NCBI GenBank assembly: GCA_963759165.1
Contig: CAVWXK010000001.1
Span: 2,849,579 to 2,913,578, forward strand
From: an uncultured Pseudomonadota bacterium
Lineage (GTDB): Bacteria > Desulfobacterota > Binatia > Binatales > Binataceae
Direction: 5' to 3'
Length of the DNA: 64,000 nucleotides
Shown: in pieces, positions 1 to 10,241 of the stretch
Layout of the letters: every line of letters starts with the position of its first letter
Position numbering within the stretch: position 1 is the stretch's first letter
The notes under the pieces: model-generated
What the model saw: only the letters and a program-made list of their open reading frames with translations
Told to the model about the DNA's origin: nothing
The model's database searches: none
Made by a program: the position numbers and the translations under genes

Positions 1-974
1 AGGGCACGCTGCCTCCAAGTATCCCGACCACCTCGCGCCTGGTGCGAACGCTGGTCCATTCGGCCAGCATCGTGCGAATCTCGGGCGCGCGCTTCACACG
101 CTCGTCGTTGGTGGCGAAGTGTGGATCCGCCCCGAGCTGGGGCAATTCGATCTTGCGGCAGAGTTCCACCCAGTGATTGTCGGTCGGCGCGGCGATAACG
201 ACCCATCCGTCGCTGGTCGGCAACACCTCGTATGGGCACAGGAATGAAGTCACATTTCCTTCCGGAACCGGAATCTTGCCCTGAAGCGAGTACTGGTAAA
301 CGATACGCTCGCAGAGCGCCAGCACTCCGTCGTACATCGCGACGTCGACCATCTGGCCCTCGCCGGTGCGCTGGGCGTGCCACGCCGCAGCCAGGATGCC
401 CACCGCCAGCATCATCGCCGGCACGGTGTCGCCGATGCCGGGACCGGTCTTCATAGGCCGATCCGGCGCCGGCCCCGTGATGCTCATCAGCCCGCCCATC
501 GCCTGCACCACAAGATCATAGGCGGGACGATTCATGTGCTCGCTCGCGCCGGTCCTGGGATCGCCGAAGCCGCGGACACATCCGTAGACCAGACGGGGAT
601 TCACCTTCCGCAGCGATTCGTACGACAATCCCAGCCGGTCCATCACGCCGACGCGGAAGTTTTCGACTAATACGTCGGCATCTTTCACCAGGCGCATCAG
701 GATTTCGCGTCCCTCGGGAAGCCGGAAGTCGAGCGCGACGCCCTTCTTGCCGCGATTGATGCTCTGGAAATAGCCGCCCAGAACCCTGAGGCGATCATCC
801 GGCGCATACGGGCCGAAATCGCGGATCGGATCGCCGCCGAGCGGCTCGATTTTGAGCACGTCGGCGCCGAGATCGGCGAGCATCATGGTGCAGAACGGCC
901 CGGCGAGCATTCGGGTCAGATCGATCACCTTGAGACCGCTCAGCAGCGCCGGGAGATTTCGCGACGCCGCTCAT
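1..974 (-). CDS. CoA-transferase family III (CaiB/BaiF-like); C-terminus cut by window edge
   Basis: Reverse-strand ATG at 974..972 opens a frame encoding [56 protein letters not shown]..., a typical family III CoA-transferase N-terminus and core. The frame stays open to position 1. Its start overlaps the stop of the upstream MaoC gene as ATGA. Confidence 0.8.
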
Positions 975-1457
975 GCCTTCGCTTTATAGCTGCGCCGCTT
1001 CATCAGCACCCGCCGCTCAGCCTCGAAGACCACCTGATCGTTCTGGTTGATGCCCCAATGGCGAAACAGCACCTCTCCCGTATCCGGCCGCTCGCCGTCG
1101 CTCTTCTCCACGACCTCGCTGAAGGCATAGAGCGTATCGCCGTGGAGCACGGGCGTCTTGAAACGTACCTTGTTCAGAGCTCAGCTCGGCGAGCGCATTC
1201 TCGCCCGTATCCTGCATCGCGAGTCCGATCACCAGCGACGCCGTGACGCCGCCGAAGGTGATTCGATGCTTCAACGGCGTCGCGGCCATCTGATGCTCGT
1301 TGAAATGCGCCTGCGCGGTGTTCATCACCAGATTGGTGATCAGCACGTTATCGATCTCGCCCACGGTCTTGCCGCGGGCATGCCGGTAAACGTCGCCCAC
1401 CTTGAAATCCTCGAAGTAGTTGTCTTTTCCCGTCATCTCTTGTGCTTCGATAAACAT
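971..1457 (-). CDS. MaoC-like hotdog-fold enoyl-CoA hydratase/dehydratase, interrupted by an apparent 1-nt frameshift near 1175-1187
   Basis: ORF 1017..1457 gives an N-terminal hotdog sequence (…GGVTASLVIGLAMQDTGENALAEL) and then becomes nonsense. A second frame continues as LNKVRFKTPVLHGDTLYAFSEVVEKSDGERPDTGEVLFRHWGINQNDQVVFEAERRVLMKRRSYKAKA and stops at 971. Confidence 0.65.
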
Positions 1458-1515
1458 TTTCTCACCTATCGATTCTTCCGGTTTACGCTAGCTTCCTTTT
1501 GGCGACGCGGACCAC

Positions 1516-2670
1516 TCACTGGAGTCCCTCGAGCAGCCGGTCGGAAATGATGCGCAACTGAATCTCCGAGGTGCCCTCGAAGATTTTGGTCAGCCGCGCG
1601 TCGCGCCAGTAACGCTCGACGGCGAAGTCCTTGGTGTACCCGTAGCCGCCGTGGATCTGGAGCGCGGCGCTGGTCACCCGCTCGGCCATCTCGCTGGCGA
1701 ACCACTTGACCATCGAGCTTTCCTTCTCGCAGCGGCGCTTGGCGTCGGTCTCGGTCGCGACGAAGTACATCAGTTGGCGCGCGGCCTCGATCTCGGACGC
1801 CATCTCGGCGAGCTTGAACCGAATCGCCTGGAATTTTCCGATCGCGCGCCCGAACTGCACGCGCTCGCGAGCGTATTTGATCGCGTCTTCGAGTCCGCCA
1901 CGAGCAAGCCCGATCGCACGCGCCGCCGTGTGCACGCGGCCGACGTTGAGTCCGCTCATCGCGCTGTAGAACGCCTGGCCCTCCTGCCCGAGCAACGCGG
2001 ACGCCGGTAGGCGGAAATCTTCGAAATGCAACTCCCAGGTCTTCCAGCCGAAGTATCCGATCTTGCGGATGGGACTGCCGTTGATGCCGGGCGGCAGCTT
2101 GCCGCGCTCCTTGAGGATCAGGAACCGGCTGATCCCGATATGACGCCGGCGCGGATCGGGCGGCGGCTGCGTGCGGGCGAACAGGAGGATGAAATCGGCG
2201 CCGTCGGCGAACGTGCACCACATCTTCGATCCATTGATGACCCATTCGTCGCCGTCGCGGACGGCGCGGCAGGAGACGTTCGCTACGTCCGAGCCCGTTT
2301 CCGGTTCCGACAGCGCGAAGGCGCCGAGAAATTCTCCGCGCGCCATCCGCGGCAGATACTCGCGCTTTTGCTGGTCCGAGAAGCCGCCGCCGAGGCCGTT
2401 GCCGCGCGCGATGATGCTGGCGACGCTCATCCATGCCCGCGCCAGCTCCTCGCTCACCAAGGCGTACTCGAAGACGCCGAGCCCGAGGCCACCGTCTTCC
2501 TGAGGAATGAGAATCCCGTAGTATCCCAGGTCCGCCATTTTCTGGCGCAGCTTCATCGGGATGTCACCCTCGACCGGATCCAGCTCGTTGGCGATCGGAA
2601 GCACTTCCTTCATCGCGAACTCGCGCGCCGATTGCTGGATCATCTGCCGCTCATCGGTCATGTAGGTCAT
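1516..2670 (-). CDS. acyl-CoA dehydrogenase
   Basis: 384-aa ORF with ACAD N-, middle and C-terminal signatures (…GAFALSEPETGSDVANVSCRA…, …YFGWKTWELHFEDF…, …QIHGGYGYTKDFAVERYWRDARLTKIFEGTSEIQ). It overlaps the flanking genes by 4 nt on both sides. Confidence 0.9.
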   Translation of the reverse strand: MTYMTDERQMIQQSAREFAMKEVLPIANELDPVEGDIPMKLRQKMADLGYYGILIPQEDGGLGLGVFEYALVSEELARAWMSVASIIARGNGLGGGFSDQQKREYLPRMARGEFLGAFALSEPETGSDVANVSCRAVRDGDEWVINGSKMWCTFADGADFILLFARTQPPPDPRRRHIGISRFLILKERGKLPPGINGSPIRKIGYFGWKTWELHFEDFRLPASALLGQEGQAFYSAMSGLNVGRVHTAARAIGLARGGLEDAIKYARERVQFGRAIGKFQAIRFKLAEMASEIEAARQLMYFVATETDAKRRCEKESSMVKWFASEMAERVTSAALQIHGGYGYTKDFAVERYWRDARLTKIFEGTSEIQLRIISDRLLEGLQ

Positions 2671-3158
2671 TTGGCGGGACCTCGCTTGGTAACAAGGTTG
2701 GTGCGATGGAAATCTATGACCCGCTCGCCGCGATGGTTGAAGCCCTCGGTATGCCAGGTGACGATGCCGCTATCCGGGCGGCTCCCTGACTCGCGCTTAT
2801 CGACCACCTTGCTTCGGGCAAAAAGCGTATCGCCGGAATAGACAGGCTTCTCGAAAGTCAGATCGTCCACGCCCAGGAAGAGCCCACCGGCTTCGCTCAG
2901 GTCCTCGACCGACAGACCGAACACAGTCAGGAAGACCAGCATCGAATTGACCTTCACCCCGGGATGGCCGTGCGCCCGTGCGTACTCGTTGTTGAAGTAG
3001 AGCGGGTTGTAGCTGAGCGTCAGCGTGGTGAACAGGCTGTTGTCGCCCTCGTTGATGCTGCGGCCCCAATGATGCTGGAAAACATGGCCCAGCTCGAAGT
3101 CTTCGTAATGGTTCCCCTTCGGCCATTTCCTGGCTTTCGCGCGTAGCTCCTCAGTCAT
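2667..3158 (-). CDS. MaoC-like hotdog-fold dehydratase (second copy, probably a heteromeric partner of 971..1457)
   Basis: 163-aa ORF with a MaoC N-terminal motif (HYEDFELGHVFQHHWGRSINEGDNSLFTTLTLSYNPLYFN). It is translationally coupled to the ACAD gene through an ATGA overlap. Confidence 0.85.
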   Translation of the reverse strand: MTEELRAKARKWPKGNHYEDFELGHVFQHHWGRSINEGDNSLFTTLTLSYNPLYFNNEYARAHGHPGVKVNSMLVFLTVFGLSVEDLSEAGGLFLGVDDLTFEKPVYSGDTLFARSKVVDKRESGSRPDSGIVTWHTEGFNHRGERVIDFHRTNLVTKRGPAK

Positions 3159-3292
3159 GGTTGCCCTCCGTAATTGGCTGGTAAAAGGACTCGATCATTT
3201 ATCGACAAAAGTCCAGACGCGGCTTTTGCGTAGGGTCACGGTTTCGGCGATACAGGGTATTCAACCGACAGCACGGCCGAAGGGAGGAGCCT

Positions 3293-4096
3293 ATGAAATT
3301 CGAGGAATATCGGCATCTGGTCTTTGAGCGCCCTGGCGATGGCGTCCTGCTGATCACCATCAACCGTCCCGAGGCGCTTAACGCGGCCAACGCCCGGCTG
3401 CACTGGGAGTTTGGCCAGGTGTGGAAGGATGTCGGCGAAGATCCAGATACGCGCGTCGCGGTGATAACCGGCGCCGGCAAAGCGTTCTCCGCGGGCGGCG
3501 ATAACAGCATGATCGAGAATACCGCCGGCAGCTACGAGAAAATCGCCGCTTTATGGAAGGAAGCCAACGACATCGTTTACAACATGATGAATCTCGACAA
3601 GCCGATCATCTCGGCGATCAACGGTCCGGCGCTCGGCGGCGGGCTGGCGGTCGCCCTGATGGCCGATATCCCGATCGCCGCCGAATCGGCGCGAATCATC
3701 GATCCGCACGTGCGACTCGGAGTGGCGGCCGGCGACCACGCGGTAATCATCTGGCCGCTGCTGTGCGGGATGGCGAAGGCTAAATACTATCTGCTCACCG
3801 CGGACAGCATGGACGGAAAGGAGGCCGAACGGATCGGGTTGGTGAGCCTCTGCGTCCCGGCGGACCAGCTGATGGGCCGCGCGATGGAGATCGCGCACAA
3901 GCTCGGACGCGGGCCGCAGCACGCCTTGCGCTGGACCAAGCGTTCCTTGAACAACTGGCTGCGCATGGCGGGGCCGGCGTTCGATACCTCGCTCGCCTTC
4001 GAGATGCTCAATTTCTTCAGCGCCGACCTGAGCGAGGGGATACGGTCGATCATCGAAAAACGCCCCGCGATTTTTCCAAGCACGCAAACTCCTTGA
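3293..4096 (+). CDS. enoyl-CoA hydratase/isomerase (crotonase family)
   Basis: 267-aa ORF with crotonase motifs ([16 protein letters not shown]…, …[21 protein letters not shown]). The RBS GGGAGGAG lies 5 nt upstream of the ATG. Confidence 0.9.
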   Translation: MKFEEYRHLVFERPGDGVLLITINRPEALNAANARLHWEFGQVWKDVGEDPDTRVAVITGAGKAFSAGGDNSMIENTAGSYEKIAALWKEANDIVYNMMNLDKPIISAINGPALGGGLAVALMADIPIAAESARIIDPHVRLGVAAGDHAVIIWPLLCGMAKAKYYLLTADSMDGKEAERIGLVSLCVPADQLMGRAMEIAHKLGRGPQHALRWTKRSLNNWLRMAGPAFDTSLAFEMLNFFSADLSEGIRSIIEKRPAIFPSTQTP

Positions 4097-4260
4097 GAAC
4101 GCAAGAGACGCATCCGTTATTGGTTCTCTTGCGAGCCCGGATTAATCGAATTAATGTTCGCCGGTAACGTCAGGGGCCGGATTTCCTGAAACAACGTTTC
4201 GGACGAAGGTATTTCGCGGGGCGACCACCTGGTCAGCGAAGCAACAGCTAGAGAGCACAA

Positions 4261-6390
4261 ATGTCAGGAAGAGCAATAGTTTTGGGTATCGATGCCGGCG
4301 GGACGATGACCGACACCTTCATCGTCGATGAGACCGGAGAGTTCACGGTCGGCAAGGCCGCCACCACCCCGCACGACGAATCGGTCGGCTTTCTCGAATC
4401 CGCCGCGGATGCGGCATCCTACTGGAAAACCGATCACAGCTCGCTGTATCCCCAACTCGAAGTGGCGCTCTATTCCGGCACCACGATGCTTAACACGCTG
4501 CTCACGCGGCGCGGCAAGAAACTTGGGCTCGTCACCACCAGGGGCTTCGAGGATGACATCCTGATGGGACGCGGGATGCAGAGCTGGACCGGCTATTCTT
4601 ATTCGGACCGCATCCATGCCGTGACCCACGTGCATCCGGCGCCGCTGATGGAACGCCGCCACGTCTACGGCGTCACGGAACGCGTCGACATGTCCGGCGA
4701 CGCCGTCATTCCGCTGTATGAGCACGAGGTGAAGGCGGCGGCCGAAGGGCTGATCGCGGATGGCGTCGAGGCGATCGTCGTGCACTTCCTTTATTCGTAC
4801 CTCAATACGTCGCATGAGCAGCGCGCCGGGGAAATTATTGAAGAGTCTCTCGCCCGTGCGGGCCGAAAGATTCCGGTCTATCTGGGCAGCAGCCTCCGGC
4901 CCGTGATTCGCGAAAACTCGCGCTTGAACGCGGCGCTGATTGAGGCATTCGCCGTCGGCCCGGTTCGCGAGCAGTTGTACAAGGTTGAAGAGGCCGTGCA
5001 GACGCGCGGCTATCGCTACTCGCTGCAAACGCTGCTGGCTTACGGAGGCCTGTGCAACATCCGCTATCCGCGCCTGCACGAGACCCTGATTTCGGGGCCG
5101 GTCGGCGGCGTGATGGGCGCGAAGTACATCAGCGCGCTGACCGGGATGGAAAATATCATCGTGACCGATCTCGGCGGCACCAGCTTCGATATCGGCACGA
5201 TCACGCGCGGCTACGTGCCGGTCGACGCCGAGCCGGTGATGGCGCGCTTCAAGATGAATCTGCCGACGCTCGCGATGGAGAGTATCGGCGCGGGAGCGGG
5301 AAGTTACGTCACGGTCGATCCGGTCACCAAAAAAGTCCAGGTCGGCCCCTCCAGCGCGGGCTCCACGCCGGGACCGGTATGCTTCGACAAGGGCGGCAAG
5401 ATCGTAACTATCACCGATTGCGATCTGCTGCTCGGCTACCTCAACCCGGACTATTTTCTCGGCGGCAAGCAGAAGCTCAACAAGCAGCTTGCGCTCGACG
5501 CTCTCAAGGAGCAGGTCACCAATCTTATCGGCGTTGACGTTTACACCGGCGCCGAGGCGATCGTGCGGATGACTGAGCGCGAGGCCCGCGACGCGATCCG
5601 GGCGGTCGCCTCGGCGCGCGGGCTGGACACGACGCAGTATTATCTTTTCGGGTACGGCGGCGCCGGCCCGCTGCATGTGGCGGGTTACTCGGAGGGACTG
5701 GATTTCAAGGGTGTTCTGACCTTCCACTTCGCCGCCGCGTTTTCGGCTTTTGGCGCGACAACCGCCGACTACGAGCATCGCTACTCGCGCTCGGTGCCCC
5801 TGGCATTGCCGGCGGGATCCGATCCGAGCGCCAAGCTCGCGGTCGCCGAAGCCATCAACAAGACCTGGGAGGAGATGGAAAAGGCGGCGCGCGCCGAGAT
5901 GACAATGGAGATCGCGCGGGGCGAAAAGATCAAGTTCGCCCATCTCGCGATGATCCGTTACGGCGGACAACTGAGCGACCTCGAAGTGGTCTCGGCGCAG
6001 CCCCGATTACGCTCGGACCGTGATGTCGATCGGCTGATCGCGGACTGGGAGGAACTTTACTCCAAGATTAATTCGCGCGTGGCGCGCTACGAGCAGGCCG
6101 GCTACCAGATCTTCGAGCTGGGGCTGCTGGCCTCGGTCGGAAAGGTCAAACCGCGCATCGTCAAGCAGCGCAAGGTCGGCGCGAAGCCCGACAAGAAAGC
6201 GTCCAAGGGCACACGCAACATATTCTGGAAAGGCCGGTGGGCGCCCGCCTCGTTGTGGGAGATGGAGCTGCTGCGCCCCGGCAATCGCATCGACGGACCC
6301 GCGGTCATCGAGCACCCGGCCACCACCCTGGTCGTACCTCCAGGCAAGCGGGTCGAAATCGACGAATTCAATTTCTTCTGGCTAAAGTAA
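4261..6390 (+). CDS. hydantoinase/oxoprolinase family protein A; acetone-carboxylase beta-subunit-like
   Basis: 709-aa ORF whose N-terminus AIVLGIDAGGTMTDTFIVDETGEF matches Hydantoinase_A / acetone carboxylase AcxA. It is followed by B-type and gamma subunit genes. Confidence 0.85.
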   Translation: MSGRAIVLGIDAGGTMTDTFIVDETGEFTVGKAATTPHDESVGFLESAADAASYWKTDHSSLYPQLEVALYSGTTMLNTLLTRRGKKLGLVTTRGFEDDILMGRGMQSWTGYSYSDRIHAVTHVHPAPLMERRHVYGVTERVDMSGDAVIPLYEHEVKAAAEGLIADGVEAIVVHFLYSYLNTSHEQRAGEIIEESLARAGRKIPVYLGSSLRPVIRENSRLNAALIEAFAVGPVREQLYKVEEAVQTRGYRYSLQTLLAYGGLCNIRYPRLHETLISGPVGGVMGAKYISALTGMENIIVTDLGGTSFDIGTITRGYVPVDAEPVMARFKMNLPTLAMESIGAGAGSYVTVDPVTKKVQVGPSSAGSTPGPVCFDKGGKIVTITDCDLLLGYLNPDYFLGGKQKLNKQLALDALKEQVTNLIGVDVYTGAEAIVRMTEREARDAIRAVASARGLDTTQYYLFGYGGAGPLHVAGYSEGLDFKGVLTFHFAAAFSAFGATTADYEHRYSRSVPLALPAGSDPSAKLAVAEAINKTWEEMEKAARAEMTMEIARGEKIKFAHLAMIRYGGQLSDLEVVSAQPRLRSDRDVDRLIADWEELYSKINSRVARYEQAGYQIFELGLLASVGKVKPRIVKQRKVGAKPDKKASKGTRNIFWKGRWAPASLWEMELLRPGNRIDGPAVIEHPATTLVVPPGKRVEIDEFNFFWLK

Positions 6391-6409
6391 CGGCGGAGGC
6401 ACTGTATCG

Positions 6410-8640
6410 ATGAAAGCCGCAGTAAAACGCGTTGCGAAGGTTTCCCCAGGGCATCGAGGGAGCGGTCCCGGCGGGTTGACCCTGCTCGAAGCTCTTAAGC
6501 GCAACCGTGAATTGTTCGAGAAGACCGGCCACTATCACGGGATCAAAAATCTCAAGCTGAAGGCCGACAACTACCTGCGCTATGAAAGTCTTCATGCGCG
6601 CCTGCGTTCGGCGGTAGTCAACGCCCGCGAGATGTCGAAAAAGATCTCGGCCTCGCCGGGCGTGCGCGAAGTCGGCGAGTCGGTGGTCGCGCTTTATACG
6701 CCGGAAGGCGACAGCATCGCGCTCTCCACCGGCATCATGGTCCACGTGCATACGCTCAGCCGCTTCATCCAGTGGATGATCGAGCACGATTACGAGACCG
6801 ATCCGGGAATCGCCGCGGGCGACGTCTTCGCCAACAACGATCCTTTCATCTCCGACGTCCACCCGCCCGACCTGATGAACGTCGCGCCCATCTTTCACGA
6901 GGGCGAACTGATCGCCTGGGTCGGCACCGTCGCCCACGAACTCGAAATCGGCGGCGTGACCGGCGGCGCCAACCAATCGACGACGGCGGAGCGATACGGC
7001 CAGGGGCTGACCGTAAGCGCCGAGAAAGTCGCGGTCAACGATGTAATCCGCCGCGATTTCCTGGTGCGCGCCGAGATGAACCTGCGCACGCCGATTTATT
7101 ACATCCTGGATGAGAAGGCGATGGTCGCCGCCTGCATCGAGGTGCGCGAGAAGGTGCTCGAGATCGTCAACGAAAACGGCATCGATTATTTCAGGCAGGC
7201 GGTCCGCGACATCATCGAGGAAGGCCGCCGCGCCCACCTCGAGCGGATGAGATTGCTGACCGTGCCCGGCCGTTATCGTTCGGCGGCGTTTTGCGGCCAC
7301 GTCTTCGAAGGCAAGGTGGGCACATCGGGGCTCAGCAACAACTGCATCGTTCACATACCGCTCGACATGACCATCGACCGCGACGCCCTTATGACCATCG
7401 ATTACGAAGGCGTCGGACCCAAGATGTGGAATCCGTACAACTGTCCGCCGGCGGCGATGGACGGCGGTTTCTTCGTGACGCTCACGCAGTTCATCGATTT
7501 CGACGGCAAGGTCAACGACGGATGCTGGTACGCGACGAAAATGATCCTGCCGCCCGGCAGCTGGGCCAATCCGATGGATAACGCGACATCCACGTCGTCG
7601 GCGTGGGCGTCGTTGATGCCGGGCTTCGGCTCTCTGCAGCGGATGATCAGCCGCAGCTTTTACGCGCGCGGCTTCCGCGAAGAAATCTTCGTGGGCCAGG
7701 TCAACACTCCGATCATGGAAGGCGGCGGCATCAACCAGTACGGACAGCGCTTCGGCGCGCAGAACCTCGATGCGCCGCCGAGGGCAGCGGCGCGCGCGGC
7801 ATCATGGACGGCATCGATTGCGGCTACGTCGGATGGAATCCGGAATCCGACATGGGCAACGTCGAGGTCTGGGAGATGTCGATCCCGATTCTGTATCTGG
7901 GCCGGCGCATCTGGCGCGATTCGGGAGGCGCGGGCAAATACCGGGGCGGAGCGACGTTCAGCTCGCTCCTGATGATCCACAAGACGCCGCTTTACAACCT
8001 TGTCTCGACGATCCATTCCGACAAGCTGTTCGACAATCAGGGCATGTGCGGCGGCTATCCCGGCCCGACCGCGCGGTTCCAATATGTGGGCCGCAACAGC
8101 AACATTCGCGAGCTCATCGCGAATCAGGCGCCGCTGCCGCATGTCGAAGGCGACCCGCAATCGCCCGATATGGAGCGCCTGGTCAAGAGCGAATTCGAAA
8201 CCGTGGACGGCGTGTTCCTCGACCGTCCGCTCAGCGACGGCGACCTGTTCCAGTTCTTCTATAACACCGGCGGCGGATACGGCGATCCGATCGAGCGCGA
8301 TCCCGAAGGCGTGCGCGTCGACCTCGACAAAGGCATCCAGTCGGCCGAGCTTGTGGCCAAGGTGTACGGCGTAGTCGCCCGGTTCGATCCCGCGACCAGG
8401 TTGCATACCATCGACGCGGAAGCGACCCGCAAGACACGCGAGCAATGCCGTCGCGATCGTGCGGCGCGCGCGATGCCGGTAAAGGATTGGATGGCCGGAC
8501 AGCGCGATCGCCTGCTCAATCAGAATGTCGGCCGGGAAGTCAAAGATATGTACAACGATGTATTCAGATTTTCCGAACGATGGGGCAGCGAGTATCGCGA
8601 GTTCTGGAATCTTCCCGCCGATTTCACTTTCAAGGTCTGA
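6410..8640 (+). CDS. hydantoinase B / acetone-carboxylase alpha-subunit-like, interrupted by an apparent 1-nt indel near 7770-7785
   Basis: ORF 6410..7972 carries the Hydantoinase_B N-terminal two-thirds (…GINQYGQRFGAQNLDA). The -1 frame (ORF 7603..8640) continues as EGSGARGIMDGIDCGYVGWNPESDMGNVEVWEMSIPILYLGRRIWRDSGGAGKYRGG…. The switch lies in gatgcgccgccgagggc. Confidence 0.8.
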
Positions 8641-8657
8641 GGTTCAGGGAGCGTCTT

Positions 8658-9143
8658 ATGAATAGCTATCCCAAGGATGTGGTTCGGGATTTGATCGACG
8701 GCAAGCTGCCATGGCCGACGACCAAACAGATAATGAGCGACTTCAAGGATGCGGGCCGCTTCGAGACCTACCTTGAAATCATGCAGGAGCGCGTGCCGTG
8801 GAAGGAGCGCATCCTGTTGCCGATCGGCGAGCATCTTTACATCGTGCAGAAAGGGAAGGCCCGCATCGTCAAATGCGACTGCGGCCACGAGTTCGGCCCG
8901 TACACCGAGAACTGGAAGCTGTCGGCATTGATTTACGTCCGCGACAACGCGGAGAAGCTCGAAGAAATTTACCCCGGCCATCGCAAGTGCGATCCGAACT
9001 GGATGGAGATTCGCGAGTACTACTGCCCGGGATGCCATACGCAGCTCGAAACCGAAGCGGTAACGCCCGGCTATCCGATCGTGTTTGATTTTCTGCCGGA
9101 TCTGGAGGCCTTCTACCGCGACTGGCTGAAAAAGCCATTGTAG
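8658..9143 (+). CDS. acetone-carboxylase gamma-subunit-like small Cys-rich protein
   Basis: ATG at 8658 is preceded by AGGGAG. The 161-aa product (MNSYPKDVVRDLIDGKLPWPTT…CDCGHEFGPY…YYCPGCHTQLE) has a CxC…CxxC zinc motif and the length typical of AcxC. It lies immediately downstream of the A/B subunits. Confidence 0.75.
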   Translation: MNSYPKDVVRDLIDGKLPWPTTKQIMSDFKDAGRFETYLEIMQERVPWKERILLPIGEHLYIVQKGKARIVKCDCGHEFGPYTENWKLSALIYVRDNAEKLEEIYPGHRKCDPNWMEIREYYCPGCHTQLETEAVTPGYPIVFDFLPDLEAFYRDWLKKPL

Positions 9144-9275
9144 GCAGACTTCAAGCGCCTTAAGAACAGGCCGGCCGATGCGACTGGCCCAGTCCGCGCA
9201 ACCAAATTTGACTGAGATCTGCCCGCTTGCGAAAATCGGGGTGCTTTCACTCGCACTGAAGGGGGACTCACGAGT

Positions 9276-9632
9276 ATGCAAAACGAGATCTCGGCGGCCA
9301 TCGCAGCGCATTCCGTATGGAAGAGCAGGCTCCGGACGGCGATCGACAGCGGGAAGAGCGAATTTTCTCCTGCCGTCGTAGCGCAAGACAACCATTGTGA
9401 CTTCGGCAAGTGGTTGCATGATACGGCGGCAACGAGTCTCAAAAACTCTCCGCACTACGGCAAGTGCGAGGAACTCCATCGCCAGTTCCACGCCAGCGCA
9501 GCCAAAGTATTGTCCTTGGCGTTGAGCGGAAAGAAGGACGAGGCGCATCGGTCCATGGATCTGAACGGCGACTATGATGTCGCCTCGACAGCGCTGACCA
9601 AGGCGATGATGGACTGGAAAGCCGCGAAATAA
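9276..9632 (+). CDS. standalone chemoreceptor zinc-binding (CZB) domain protein
   Basis: 118-aa ORF containing the CZB ligand set: HSVW (H-xx-W), CDFGKWL (C-x-F-G-x-W) and HRQFH (H-xxx-H). GGGGGA lies 9 nt upstream of the ATG. Confidence 0.75.
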   Translation: MQNEISAAIAAHSVWKSRLRTAIDSGKSEFSPAVVAQDNHCDFGKWLHDTAATSLKNSPHYGKCEELHRQFHASAAKVLSLALSGKKDEAHRSMDLNGDYDVASTALTKAMMDWKAAK

Positions 9633-9671
9633 GATAGCCGCGGACCGTCTCGAAGGCGCGACGGATTCGCC

Positions 9672-9912
9672 TTATCCCCAAGGAACGCATAAGAGGCGGC
9701 GCGCTGGGCCGACTCGATGCTGCCCTCATGCACAAGACGGGAGATGCCTTGCGCCTTCACCTCGATCTCTAGCCGACGCATACGAACAAAGGGGAAAGCA
9801 CAAAATCATTACACCAAGGGACGGATTAGGCGCGGATGATGTTAGACGACCTGGGCTGATGTTTGCGGGGCGCCTGGCTGTAATCGCCGAAGGCGCGGTC
9901 GCGCTCGGCCGT
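9672..9912 (+). repeat. upstream copy (R1) of an imperfect ~240-bp direct repeat; a degenerate duplicate of the mazF 3' end plus the 3' end of the crotonase gene
   Basis: 9675-9771 differs at 5 positions from 10469-10565. 9829-9908 is identical to 10603-10680. The spacer between the two blocks differs between the copies. Confidence 0.8.
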
Positions 9913-9989
9913 CGCGATAAAGCGTCTGCCTGTACCTGGTACCGTCGCCGAGCATGAGCCTCGCACAGGCGCACCTTATTTGCTACCAT

Positions 9990-10016
9990 AGTTCTTACCA
10001 ATGGTAGGAACATGGT
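9990..10016 (+). promoter_or_regulatory. inverted repeat CTACCAT-N13-ATGGTAG immediately upstream of the antitoxin start; candidate autoregulatory operator
   Basis: ctaccatagttcttaccaatggtag ends 3 nt before the mazE-like ATG. Type II antitoxins commonly bind palindromes overlapping their own promoter. Confidence 0.35.
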
Positions 10017-10241
10017 ATGAGTGTGGCAAAACTTTCGGTTTCGCTTCCTGACTCGCTGGCCGGGTTCGTCGAAAACTATCGCAAAAAGCGCGGCTTGAAG
10101 AGCCGCTCCCAGGTCTTCGAGGAAGCGATCAAGCTGCTGAGAAGCCGGGAGTTGGAGGCCGCTTACCGGCAGGCGAGCGCGGAATACGATAAGGCATGGG
10201 ATAGCACTGTCTCGGACGGGCTGGCCGATGAGACGTGGTGA
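10017..10241 (+). CDS. ribbon-helix-helix antitoxin (ParD/CopG/MazE-like)
   Basis: 74-aa ORF MSVAKLSVSLPDSLAGFVENYRKKRGLKSRSQVFEEAIKLLRSRE… (RHH fold). It overlaps the toxin gene by 14 nt. Confidence 0.75.
   Translation: MSVAKLSVSLPDSLAGFVENYRKKRGLKSRSQVFEEAIKLLRSRELEAAYRQASAEYDKAWDSTVSDGLADETW

Noticed and set aside
1466-2434. 322-aa minus ORF overlapping the acyl-CoA dehydrogenase gene in another frame
   Set aside because: Arg-rich nonsense. The ACAD frame has full-length family motifs.
4097-4260. Looked for a sigma54 -24/-12 promoter upstream of the acetone-carboxylase-type operon (these operons are usually sigma54/AcxR dependent), and noted the ATTAAT-CGA-ATTAAT AT-rich palindrome and a GCAAGAGA/TCTCTTGC stem-loop
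   Set aside because: No GG-N10-GC arrangement with acceptable flanks is present. The stem-loop lacks a U-tract. I cannot assign either element a function from sequence.
4264-5970. 568-aa minus-strand ORF antisense to the hydantoinase-A / acxA-like gene
   Set aside because: Arg/Ala/Gly-rich product with no recognisable domains. It lies entirely inside a well-supported plus-strand gene.
9726-10013. 95-aa minus ORF spanning the upstream copy of the direct repeat
   Set aside because: It reads the duplicated crotonase 3' end out of frame and continues into the unique spacer. It has no RBS, so it is a by-product of the duplication.
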